A stretch of DNA of 64,000 nt, from positions 34,844,001-34,908,000 of the forward strand of contig OX597826.1 of the NCBI GenBank assembly GCA_951406725.2. Direction: 5' to 3'. Within the stretch, counting starts at the first letter, position 1. Each line of letters opens with the position of its first letter. Under the pieces are notes generated by a model. That model saw only the letters and a program-made list of their open reading frames with translations, was not told the origin of the DNA and did no database searches. Made by a program: the position numbers and the translations under genes. This stretch comes from Octopus vulgaris. Its lineage: Eukaryota. Below, in pieces: positions 52,729 through 64,000 of the stretch.

Positions 52729-53814
52729 TTATATATATTCAATTTCTCATTAACAAATCCTTATGAACAAGTAATTTGTCATTTGGAAGAGGGCGAGTAA
52801 CTGTAAAATAGTTCTCATTAACATATTAATAAGGATGTGGAGAAATGCTCCTTTGGCGAAGTAATTTCACAGCGCAACTAAATTATATAGATAGGACTCC
52901 ATTTGTTAAGCAGCCTCTCCCTCTCTCTCTCTCTCTCTCTCTCCCTTTCACCTATCTCTTTATTTATCAATCACCTTTTTCTTGCTCTCTCTTAAATATA
53001 TGTCTACCTCTGTATGTGTGTGTGTGATAATGTTTGTGTACATATACCAGGAACTTTGTATCCTTTCATTAGATAATATAGCTGACAGTTCACTTATTAT
53101 TTTCTGTTTGACTCTTTCTTTAAAAAATAAAACTTTCGGAAATTAAAAGCCATAATTTAGAGTGTTTAGGCATAAATTGCGTACTACCTCCTCGCCTCTC
53201 GCCTTTAAATATTAATGATGTTGGCAGAATCAGTGTATTATTCCTCTCTCTTTCTCTCTTTCTTCTTCTCTCTCTCTCTCTCTCTCTCTCTCCCTCTCAT
53301 CCTTTCTGGATCTCTAGTAGAGTTTTGTATTTTCTTGTATTTCGCCATTCTTATTTTCCTTTTCAAGGGAAACTTGAAAAAGTTCAGATGCCCTCGACCC
53401 AAGAGGAAAATGACTGTCATGAGTCACTCCTATCTCGTCTGCAGAAATAATTTCGATACATCTACCATAGAGTTTAAACATCATGTCTTTCCAAGCCAAA
53501 GAAAGGCGGTGGGGTGATACAGTAGATACAGCTTATAAATAGATCCGCCCGATATATGATATCAAGTGTTGGATATAAATCCACAATTGAGCAACAACTG
53601 GGTATTAAAAAAGCGCGTGCTGAACATTTCGCCGCTCCACGTTCTTCTCGAACTGACGGCACTGCCATGGCAGTAACAATTATCTCGAGTTGGCAATGAC
53701 ATCTTACTGTAGTACTTCGAGGCCAAGGATGTCTAGAAATTATCCGTCTTGGCCCAAAAGGTAAAAAAGAAAGGTAGATATATATGACAGGTTAGCGTGG
53801 GAGGTTAAGCAGTT

Positions 53815-54066
53815 GTGGTCAATGAAAAAGATGGTATTAGTACCAATACTTGTCGGAGCCCCGGGAACAGCGAGTAAAAATTTTGAGAAGCACATGGAAC
53901 AAATAGGGGCTGCAATAAGCGTGGAGTACTTGCAGAAGACAGCACTGCTTGGAATCGCTCGAATACTCCGGATGTTGCTCGAAAAATAAGCGGTGTTACC
54001 TTAGTTCACTGGTAGTAAACAGTGGGCACCCTAGTACATCTCCAGCGTTAGAAGCTGTGCAAAGGC
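53815..54066 (+). mobile_element. R4/Dong-type (RLE) non-LTR retrotransposon 3' end
   Basis: WSMKKMVLVPILVGAPG..LQKTALLGIARILR..*, a short UTR, then (AAT)n immediately. Confidence 0.8.
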
Positions 54067-54112
<46 letters not shown>

Positions 54113-54126
54113 GTAATGATGATGAT

Positions 54127-54192
<66 letters not shown>

Positions 54193-54203
54193 TGATGATG
54201 ATG

Positions 54204-54271
<68 letters not shown>
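54067..54271. repeat. Alternating (AAT)n/(GAT)n compound microsatellite
   Basis: Three AAT blocks alternating with three GAT blocks. Confidence 0.95.
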
Positions 54272-54272
<1 letters not shown>

Positions 54273-54957
54273 ATACAAGTAGGGGACGAAGTTATAGTGG
54301 TGGTGGTGAGGATGAAATATAACATCATGCATTAAGGTTATTTTCAAAGATTGTCAACCTCTGTACGTCATCTTCAACAGAGTTTACCTAAGTAAACTTC
54401 ACAAAGATTTATTGAGTCTATGGAGTGAACTGCTTCCTGATAGCATTCTCGTACTCTTTTAAGTGCTTCTTACAAATATTACATGTTCAAAGAACAAGTT
54501 TAAGATGTCTTAATTGATGCTAACCAAATTCCGGATAGATCTCTATTTGCATGTACTTACATTCATGAATATAAAACGTGTATAAACATAGGCACAAATG
54601 AAGATGCACACAAACACACAAATATATTTATACGTGTGTATGCATACATATATATATATATATATGTGTGTATGTGTGTGTGTGTGTAAGTATGTGTGTA
54701 TGAATGAATATGTATGTATAAATGTATATACATACATACTTACATACATATAGCGATACATAAGCATGTATGCATAAGCATGTATGCATGCATATATAGT
54801 TTAGCATATAAACTCTACGAGACTGAAGGAGAGAAGGTCGACTTTTAACTCATCGCATCCCTTCTACTTTTCCTATAAGAGGTCGTGTACTTTTAGGTGC
54901 GTAATAATAATAATAATGATGGTGATGATGATGATGATGATGATGATAAAGATGATG

Positions 54958-55003
<46 letters not shown>

Positions 55004-55111
55004 TAATAAGTAATAACAAAAATTTACAACCGTATTAGTTACATTAATAGTAATCATAACAAAACATGATCTTCTTCATGCTCAACACTACGGCTAGTGG
55101 TGCTACACATG

Positions 55112-55173
<62 letters not shown>

Positions 55174-55192
55174 TCTACTACTACTAGTAATT

Positions 55193-55247
<55 letters not shown>

Positions 55248-55250
<3 letters not shown>

Positions 55251-56236
55251 CAAACAAGAAATCATACCACCTAATAAACATGAAGAAGAAGAAGATGAAG
55301 AAACAACAAAAGCTATAAAACAAATGAAATCCAAACTAAAAATAGAACAGCAACGAGCCATGATAAAACGATGGCAAGAAAAGCCCCTTCATGGTAAATA
55401 CTGCACTAAACTAAACGCAAAAGAAATAGACAAAGAAAAATCCCAGCAATGGTTGAGAAGCTCAGGACTCAAAGCAGAAACAGAGGGATTTTTAATTGCA
55501 GCACAAGACCAAAGCCTCCCCACCAGAAGTTACCAAAAACATGTAATGAAAAGAAATATTACAAGTAACTGCAGAATATGTGGAGATGGACAAGAAACAA
55601 TAAATCATATTATCTCTAGCTGCCCAGTCCTGGCTAAGAAGGAATATATTCACAGACATGACAGAGTTGGAACCTACATACATTGGAAGCTATGCCAACA
55701 TTATGGAATAACAACAGAAAAAAGATGGTATAGGCACACACCAGAAAAGGTCACAGAAAACGAGAAAGCAACCACACTCTGGGATATGCCGATACACACA
55801 GATAGAGAAATTAAAGCCAACAGACCAGATATAGTTGTCAGAGACCATGAAGAAAAAAATGCTTTCTAATTGATGTATCAATACCGGCTGATGACAACGT
55901 GTCTCTAAAAGAAATGGAGAAACTCTCAAAATACAAAGACCTGGAAATAGAGGTAACTAGAATGTGGAATCTGAAAACAGAAACAATTCCTATCATAGTA
56001 GGTGCATTAGGCATGATAAAAAAATATTCAGACAAATACATAACAAAACCACCAGGACTTACAAACACATATAACATACAGAAAATTGCACTACTAGGCA
56101 CTGCACACATCCTACGCAGAACACTTTCCATACAATAACCATCAGAGCATCACAACAAACCACAGCACATACCCAAGGCACACAGAGCTGCGCTCGGTAG
56201 TGAAGTGAAAGCATGCTATAAAAATAAAACTACTGA
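55248..56236 (+). mobile_element. 5'-truncated R4/Dong-type retrotransposon (zinc knuckle plus restriction-like endonuclease)
   Basis: KPLHGKY, LKAETEG..AAQDQ, CRIC-x8-H-x4-C, RHDRV, NRPDIV, IDVSIP, EKLSKY, IPIIVGALG, QKIALLGTAHILR. One frameshift in A7 at 55853-55859. (AAT)n on both sides. Confidence 0.95.
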
Positions 56237-56304
56237 ATAATAATAATAATAATAATAACGTTTTCTGATTAGGTCAGCAAACTGGAAAGGGAAACTAAGG
56301 AACG

Positions 56305-56360
56305 AAGAAGAAGAAGAAGAAGAAGAAGAAGAAGAAGAAGAAGAAGAAGAAGAAGAAGAA

Positions 56361-56418
<58 letters not shown>
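56305..56418. repeat. (GAA)n(GAT)n microsatellite
   Basis: Direct reading. Confidence 0.95.
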
Positions 56419-57194
56419 GTGATAATTATCAACATCATCATCATCATTGTCAATTTGATAATATGGGAGAGTGTGTGTAGGTGTAAAATGCGAGTGATGT
56501 GCAGAAGTTCTCTGAGTGATGATGGTGTACTGTGTTACCTCTTGTCTTTGTTCATTCCTGGGAGCAGAATTTCAATACTTATTGATCGATACACTGAAGT
56601 GATTGCAACATTATCATCAAATAAACTGTGACAGAAAGTACGTGAGGAAGAAACTGAGAGATGAAGAAAGAAATTGTAAATAGATTGAGAATAACGGAGA
56701 TTGTAAATCGAGTAAAAGAGACGTGCTATACAAGAAAATATAACGAGAATAAATAGGAGTGGGAAAGAAACAATTTAAGAAAAATAGAGTGAAAGAGATA
56801 CTGTGACGAATGAAAAGGAAATACGAACGAGATAATGAAGGGCAGAGAGGGATAGAGAGGGGGAGGAAAGAAAGAGAGACTGTGATAGAAAGAAAGAACC
56901 TGAATCTGGTGAAAGACTAATTGTAAGCGTATTGGAAACGAATTTTATTGGTGACGATATTTAGAGAAGTGGAGAGGAAGAATGAAGATGAAGAACACAA
57001 TTAAAACACCAAGGAAGGTGAAAATAGAAGGAAGAAGTGAAGGAGTGGAATAAAAATGTATGAAAGAAAGCTGAAAGAATTCAAAGGAATAATTTAAAGA
57101 ATGGATAGTGTGAGGAAGAAAATGAAGACAAGAAAGGAAATTTCATTCAGCGTGTCTTGAATGAACTTGGAGTAAAAGACAAGAAATACAAGAA

Positions 57195-57566
57195 ATATTT
57201 GTTTCATCGACCCCACTGCTTAACTTGACCCCGAGTGGAATGAACGGTAAAATCGATGTCGATAGAATTAGAGCTAGAAAGTAAAGACGGACGAAAGGCT
57301 GGTAACCATTTTGGCCAACGCTATAAAATTTCTGCCAGCTTGCCGCCTCAAATGTTATAAGCATTGGTTTGGAATATAGTATTTAAATAGAAGAAATATT
57401 CTTTTCTATTCTAGGCACAAGGCTCGAATTTTGTGGGGAGGGGCCAGTCGATTTATCGACCCCGAAAGATTGAAAGGCAAAGTCGATCTCAGCGGAATTT
57501 GAACTCAGAGACTAACGACAGACGAAATACCGACAATCATTTCGTCCGGCGTGCTAACGTTTCTGT
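57195..57566 (-). mobile_element. Two dominant-family SINE copies (57195-57350 diverged; 57397-57566 internally deleted)
   Basis: Core TCGACCCC..GAAAGGCAAAGTCGA, head GGCGTGCTAACGTTTCTG, standard tail at 57397-57440. Confidence 0.75.
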
Positions 57567-57689
57567 AAATATGAGAAATATTGAAAAGCGTAAATTCACA
57601 AGTTTAATCCAGTAAATATCTAGTCACCAATACACGCGCAAACACACACATAAATGCATACACACACAAATAGATATATGTACTCACAC

Positions 57690-58044
57690 TATCTTTCTAT
57701 CTATCCGCTCAGTCGAAGTCGACTCTCGGTTACTCGTTGGATCAGTGTCCTCCAGTCAGTTCTATCCTGGGCCGCTTCTTTCAGATTGGCTATGTCCATT
57801 CCGGTATCGCTCTTGATGGTGTCAAGCCAGCGGGTTCTTGGTCGGCCTCTTCCTCTCTTGCCACTGACCATTCCGAGCATGATGTCCTTCTCCAGGGATT
57901 TTCTCCGCCTAATATGACCGAAATATGCCAATCTATGCTTGGTGATTCTAGCTTCTAGCGACATTTTCGGCCTGATCTGCTTAAGAACTTCTCCATTGGT
58001 GAGCCCCGCTGTCCATGGAATCCGTAAAAGTCTTCTCCAACACC
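57690..58044 (-). mobile_element. 5'-truncated RTE (BovB-like) LINE 3' end
   Basis: Open frame WCWRRLLRIPWT..LAYFGHIRR..LEKDIMLG..GKRGRGRPRTRWLD. (TAGA)-like tail. Perfect 12-bp TSD ATGTACTCACAC (57678-57689, 58045-58056). Confidence 0.95.
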
Positions 58045-58084
58045 ATGTACTCACACATGCACTCTGAAATCAGTAATCAATAAG

Positions 58085-58864
58085 ATAGTGTTTCGAATTC
58101 TTTAAAGATTCTACAGTAACTCTGGCTCCTTTTTGCACACAACAATCTCTCAGCTCAGAAGCTAGAAGTCGCCTTGAATAGAAAGCTTCTGGGCGTCCTG
58201 ATTGGTATCGTGTGGCGTCATTGGCATCGTCTAAAGTAGTGGTTCCCAACCTTTTTTACCTATAGATCCCTTTGATTACTATTTTATTCTGGTGGACCCT
58301 CAAATCAATTCAATGTTTAAAAACTAGTTTTATAGGGACTTCTTTCAAAATTCCTATTCTGTTTGTCACGCATTAATTTGTGTAGGTTGCACTATGCAAA
58401 ATGTTAGGGGGGAAAAAACCTAGTTGTTTTTTGCAATACATACATCTAAAGCAAAATGTTTTTCACGGGTTCTAAAAATACTATTGTGGATCCCCAGTTT
58501 ACTATTTTGTTGCGTGGACCCCAAGTCTTAAATGGACCTTCAGGAACCATTTAAACCCCGGTTGAGAGACTCTGGTCTAAAGCATTGGTCTCAGCAAGTG
58601 GCACAACAGGATCAATAGCGTTCGCGGCACTGTCGGTAATGTGCTGCTTTAAACTCTCTAAAGCTTTCATTGCTGAAGAGGAACATGGTAATAACTGATG
58701 GACGGGTTTCTCAAAGATTGTCGGTGTCGAACCTGAGTAGGAAGCGAACATATCCATTGCACACTTTAATAAAGTCATGTAATCCAGTTGAGCAACATCG
58801 TGTTGTGCTCACACATGTTCTGAATCTACTCTAAGCAACCCAATACATTTAGAAGACATTGTAC
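58085..58864 (-). mobile_element. Gypsy/Ty3 pol remnant (RT C-terminus and RNase H), interrupted by a MITE
   Basis: LKCAMDMFASYS..AMKALESLK..AIDP..ETNALD|DANDAT..SGRPEAFYSRRL..SE..VQKGA..VESLKNSKHYL (compare ETDASD..GRPVAFFSRTL..EKEA..WRHYL). Confidence 0.8.
58237..58574. mobile_element. hAT/Charlie-type MITE
   Basis: Imperfect TIRs TAGTGGTTCCCAACC / GGTTGAGAGACTCTG. Perfect 8-bp TSD GTCTAAAG (58229-58236, 58575-58582). Internal GGACCC repeats. Confidence 0.9.
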
Positions 58865-58890
58865 TATTTCACCTTGGTGACGTCCTGTAC

Positions 58891-58943
<53 letters not shown>

Positions 58944-59694
58944 ATATTATTTATTATTTAATCGAGCGCGAGGCATCCATATATATATAAACACACACAT
59001 ACACATATAGATAGAGGTATAGATACATGCATAGTGCCATCCATTTATACATGCACAGATACACGGATAGCTAGATAGATAGCAATAGATATAGATATTA
59101 TATGATATATATATAATACATACGTGTGTGTGTGTGTGTTTGTGTATACATACACACGCATTCACATTGTGTAAGAAACATTCCATTCTTTCGTATTTCA
59201 ATGGGAACAAGGCGTATTAAAACATTTAACATGATACACAGTTATATTTACAAATATATTTTATACATTCACATACATTCACGCTATCCTTTAGGGACAA
59301 AAAGACGCCATTACCTACACAAAAACACGCTCGCGCACATACACACTCGGTGTCAGAAACGCTAACACATGTAACGATATACACAAAAAAAACAATATAC
59401 GTTCACCACACAAATATCCATATGCTGAAACACTGAAATGTCTGGTCATTCCAATCTAAAGATGGTACGTCTGATTTGATTCATTCCAAGTATTTAAATT
59501 ACTGAAATTTAATAAAGTAATAAAAATATGGACAAAAAGAAGCAAAAATATCGAGGTAAAGTGTACAATTTACGATGAAATTTCATACAATTTGAAAATT
59601 GCGTTTTCTTCCAATTTTATATATTTTAGGATGGTTTTGATTTTAAATTTAGTTTGAAACTGATAGAATTTCATTTTACTCTTTGTATGATTTT

Positions 59695-59757
<63 letters not shown>

Positions 59758-62019
59758 TACACACACATACATACACACACACATACACACACACACACAG
59801 ATATATATGTATATACACAAAACACAAATCAAGATGATAGATGCATACATACAAACATAAATACATACATACAAACAGATACATACATACATACAAACAG
59901 ATACATACATACATACACACACAGCACACACACACACACATATATACATAAATACACAGATATATTAATATAACCTCATACACACGAACAGGCATAAACA
60001 TAAACATATATATATTTATATATATATAAATTTCACTCTCCCCTATCTTTCCCTCACACCCTCCCTCTCTATGAGTGTATGCATGTGTGTGCGTGTGTAT
60101 ACACATATACATACACGTAAGGCTACTTGTATGCTTTCCTACTCACTCATACGTTTGTAAAGCGGAAAAAGAACAAACTCTTGCACCATCACACATGCAT
60201 ATCATAACGAGTTTGTACAAAATCATACATGGACAAATATACGCATTCACGCAGACACACACTCAAACACACGTGTACGTACTCTCACACATACACACAC
60301 ACATACATACGTACAGACACATATGTGAATATTCGCAGATACATAAGCCTGTTCAAATGCCCATCTTTAAACGCATCTATCTGTACGTAACACAATACAC
60401 AAAGATGCCTACACATAAATTGTGAGTCATGTTGTGACAAATCCATCCATACATGTATGTAGACAAACATCCATACATATGTGTGCATGTGTGTGTGTGC
60501 ACAGAGAGAGAAAGAGAGAGAGGAGAAGAGAGTTACTCATAAGTAGATATATACGTAGATTGGATCTCTAGAGACTCATGCACATATACATATAGCGCTT
60601 TGTACACACACCGCTCATCAATAAAAGAGAAATTAAGTGACATGAGTTGATATAATAAACGGCCATGTGGTATGAAGCAAGGCTGAGCAGCGAGCATGAG
60701 TCCCTTTATGCCATACGAAAGACATAAGAGATTCTTGTCTCTCCAACAGCTGTCAAACTTGACAGCCAGTCATTATCATTATTGTTAAATCGCAATCGAA
60801 TAAGCAAAGAAATTGTGGGAGGAGTAGTAGCAGTGTGGAATGGAGTTTCAGTTGTATTTTGTTTTTAGCCTTGTTTTTAATGTAATTTAAAAATATGACA
60901 AGATTTCTGAAACATGGTCAGCTGGAAAAAATGTTGAAGTAACAGAGCAAAATAGTTTATTTTTCGCTTTTAAGAGTTCAAATTCCAGTTTTCAACTTAA
61001 TGTGGTGTCGCTAACTTACAGATTGTGCAGAATAAAATATATACGTGGCATGTTTTGGCTGCTGCAGACAAGAGTCTAACGAACCACCAGCCAAATATTT
61101 ACAAAGACTAAAGGATCGTAAATTTAAGGTTGTAAGTGCTGAGCAATACAGGGATGGTTGTATAATTGACTCCCTTCCTCGCTTACAAGACAGCGTTTAC
61201 TTGAAAATAAATTCTAGATTCTGTTCACGGCCTACAATCAAATATATACTCTGCAAATGGCTGAAAGTCACTTCGCATCTCTTACACAGCCTCTTTCAAT
61301 GCACCTATGGCTGACTCTCCAAAATCTCATCAGGAATATTATAGTTGTATGTATCCAATCTCACCCTCAACAGTTATGCCGTAATGTTTTCTCGGTTCAA
61401 AAAGTAGTCTTGATCAAAATGTTCTGTGATTGAGGTGTTATGTAATAATTTGTATAAACGAGAGACATCACACTAAGGAGAGCGGATCTCCTCAATCTAC
61501 ATCTTCAGCAGTATCCACAGTAGCGGCGCTTTCTGTTGCATCATCTCACTGTTTGACATGTGGTATTATGGATATTAGAATAAATAGAAGAAAGGCCAAG
61601 ACATCCGTGGACACAGATAGCTAAATTCTACACGTGCTTAGGTCTCATTGGAAACTACATCTCTTTTTCCTAAGGTAATTGGAGTGTACAAAAGCATTGT
61701 GGGATTTTCGAATGATTATTGTGATTGCGTCACATTCTCTGTTACCCTAAATGTTTGTTGTGAGGTCCTCCTGGGACAAATCTACATTAAGTACTTCTCT
61801 TCTTTCAAAATATCGCTTGGCACGACTGTCAAGTGGTCTCACAAATGTTTCAGTGTTACTCCTTTTTTTTCTATTTGCTAAACTCATAAATGATTGCAAA
61901 CCCATAGCTGACATATCGAATTGACATTCTCTGAATGAGCAGAAATTCATAGTTTTTAAAAGAGGGAATTACTAAAACTACTAAGTCATTTTCCTGAAGG
62001 TCTTAGGTGTTGGCTATAT

Positions 62020-62552
62020 CTGATGATAACCATAACAGTTTCATGGTCCTCGATTCGTCACAGACAATAAATTGTTCTATAGTGCTTTAAACTTCTCTAC
62101 AAAGTATTGGGATGGTCGTAGAAATGGTAGAATATGATATCTTCAGTATACTAAACCTACTAAGGATTACCATTAAGTGCAGATAAAAGGAGATTAACTT
62201 TTTACTGCATTTGAAGCATTTAGAATCACTAACGGTGCTGCTAACTTTCAATGAATACTTGACGACAATTGAAAAAGAACTGACGGTCATATTTGTATAT
62301 ATCTACAATGTAACTGTTTGTGAACATCACCAGATTGCCCAACATGAGGTTCTTAAATGCAGTAAGCAAGTACAACTATTCATTAAGAAAAGAAAACTGT
62401 ACAATGTCTTCTAAATGTATTGGGTTGCTTAGAGTAGATTCAGAACATGTGTGAGCACAACACGATGTTGCTCAACTGGATTACATGACTTTATTAAAGT
62501 GTGCAATGGATATGTTCGCTTCCTACACATGTTCGACACCGACAATCTTTGA
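62020..62552 (+). mobile_element. Gypsy/Ty3 pol remnant (RT N-terminal half)
   Basis: MVLDSSQTIN, IFSILNL, YH*VQIK, FTAFEA-FRITNGAANFQ, FVYIYNVTVC (decayed YLDN motif). Confidence 0.75.
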
Positions 62553-62555
62553 ATT

Positions 62556-62579
62556 TACTATTTCACCTTGGTGACGTCC

Positions 62580-62677
<98 letters not shown>

Positions 62678-62745
62678 ATATTATTTATTATTTAATCGAG
62701 CGCGAGGCATCCATATATATATAAACACACACATACACATATAGA
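62556..62745 (+). repeat. Direct duplicate of 58862-59011
   Basis: Unique sequence matches on both sides of a (TA)n(TG)n tract of different length. Confidence 0.9.
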
Positions 62746-63356
62746 AATAGCGAGAAATAGTTAACACAGAGAAAGGACTCTTCATCAGATGTCTATCTAC
62801 TCCTCATTTCGAACATTCAACGACAATATGAGTCTTCATAGTTGCTCCCATGAAATCTAAAACAAAATTTAGGATTTATGGAGGGTCAAAGTTGGGAACA
62901 AAAGAAAATGACAGAGAAGACATACAAGTAAACCGAACGAAAACAAGCATGAAGAGTAAAATAGTGAACGCTGGGAGAAAGGGGGAACGAAGAGAGGAAT
63001 ATATAAAGCGAGACACTGAAGAAGGAAAGAAAATATGTACGAGTGAATAGTATTAAAAGAAAATGGAATGGTTTTGTCTACATAAAATATCTAAAGATAA
63101 CTGATGAACACTTCAATTCATCTTCTTTCTCTACCCTGCTGCATACATATCCATTGTCCTCACTTAGGAAAAGACTTACAGTTTTAACTACATATATTTC
63201 GAAATATTTCCATCAATGACGCCATAGTTTTGAAATGCGTTAACTGACGAGAGTTTACGTAATGCTTGCTTTTCCTATTACATATTACGCAAACCTGAAA
63301 CGAACGAATTAAATGACTTCGAAATATTAGTATTATTTTACTTCAATAACATAATT

Positions 63357-63388
<32 letters not shown>

Positions 63389-63467
63389 ACACATACACAC
63401 ATACATACACACACATACACACATACACACACATACACACACACACACTGTATATATGCATGCAATG

Positions 63468-63720
63468 AAGGTGCGTAAGTGGCTAGAGAATTCAAGATTG
63501 TAAGGTCGTATTTCGATATCTGTTGGCGCGTTGTGTCCTTCGACAAGACATTTTATCTCACAATGCTCCAGTCCCTCCAGTTAGCAAAAATGAGTTATAC
63601 CTGTATTTAACAAGGTCAACGTTGTCACATTGTGTGACACGCTGAATATCCCTGATAACTACATTAAATGTGTCTGTGGAATTCTCACCCACTTGCAAGT
63701 TAATTCCATGAGAAGAGTTT
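63468..63720 (+). mobile_element. Old tRNA-derived SINE
   Basis: A-box-like head, GCGTTGTGTCCTTCGACAAGACATTTTAT motif, and tail. Confidence 0.6.
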
Positions 63721-63739
63721 TCCAGGAACAGAGTGTTCC

Positions 63740-64000
63740 GTGTGATAAGAAGATATCTTTCCAACCATATGGTTCCGTGTTCAGTCCCACAGCGTGGCAT
63801 TTTTGGTGTTCTATTAGAGATATGAACCAACTAAAGCTTTGTAAATGGATTTAGTAGACGGAAACTGAGAGAAACCTGTCCTCTGTGTGTGTGTATTTCT
63901 GTGTGTGTGTGTGTGTGTTTGTGCGTGCGTGCGTGCGTGCGTGTGTGTGTCTTTGTGTCTGTGTTTGTCAACCGGTGTTTGTGTCTTTACGTCCCCATAA
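63740..64000 (+). mobile_element. Third SINE family containing an internal (TG)n tract, runs off the window end
   Basis: Head TGTGATAAGAAG..CCAACCATATGGTTCCGTGTTCAGTCCCAC resembles the host element at 48150-48435. Also GTAGACGGAAACTG motif. Confidence 0.65.

Noticed and set aside
758-63546. Dozens of ORFs rich in YI, CV, HT, LSIY, poly-L or poly-I
   Set aside because: They are translations of (TA)n, (CA)n, (GATA)n and (AAT)n microsatellites, which lack stops in some frames. No domain content.

Overview
This is AT-rich eukaryotic (animal) DNA that is almost entirely repeats. The dominant tRNA-derived SINE and the very high density of (TA)n, (CA)n, (GATA)n and (AAT)n microsatellites suggest a coleoid cephalopod such as an octopus; that is inference from memory, not a search result. 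I found no convincing host protein-coding gene, rRNA, true tRNA or CRISPR array, and most ORF-track entries are translated microsatellites. Recognisable content: (1) more than 15 SINE copies, several with target-site duplications (TSDs), including multimers built from a fixed 183-184 bp unit; (2) non-LTR retrotransposons: two CR1-type, four RTE-type, two R4/Dong-type in (AAT)n, and two Penelope-like remnants; (3) a Gypsy pol remnant split into two oppositely oriented halves; (4) hAT, pogo/Tigger and Tc1/mariner remnants, a Charlie-type MITE and a probable Helitron 3' end. The most interesting signal is a set of about eight hammerhead-ribozyme-like motifs, three near-complete. They include a minimal type I form, a type II topology and a U4C core variant, and sit in small, often palindromic non-coding elements or beside the Penelope remnants. 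There are also long inverted repeats and weak hints of host exons, including a decayed TIL-like Cys pattern. All folds and translations were done by eye and need computational confirmation.
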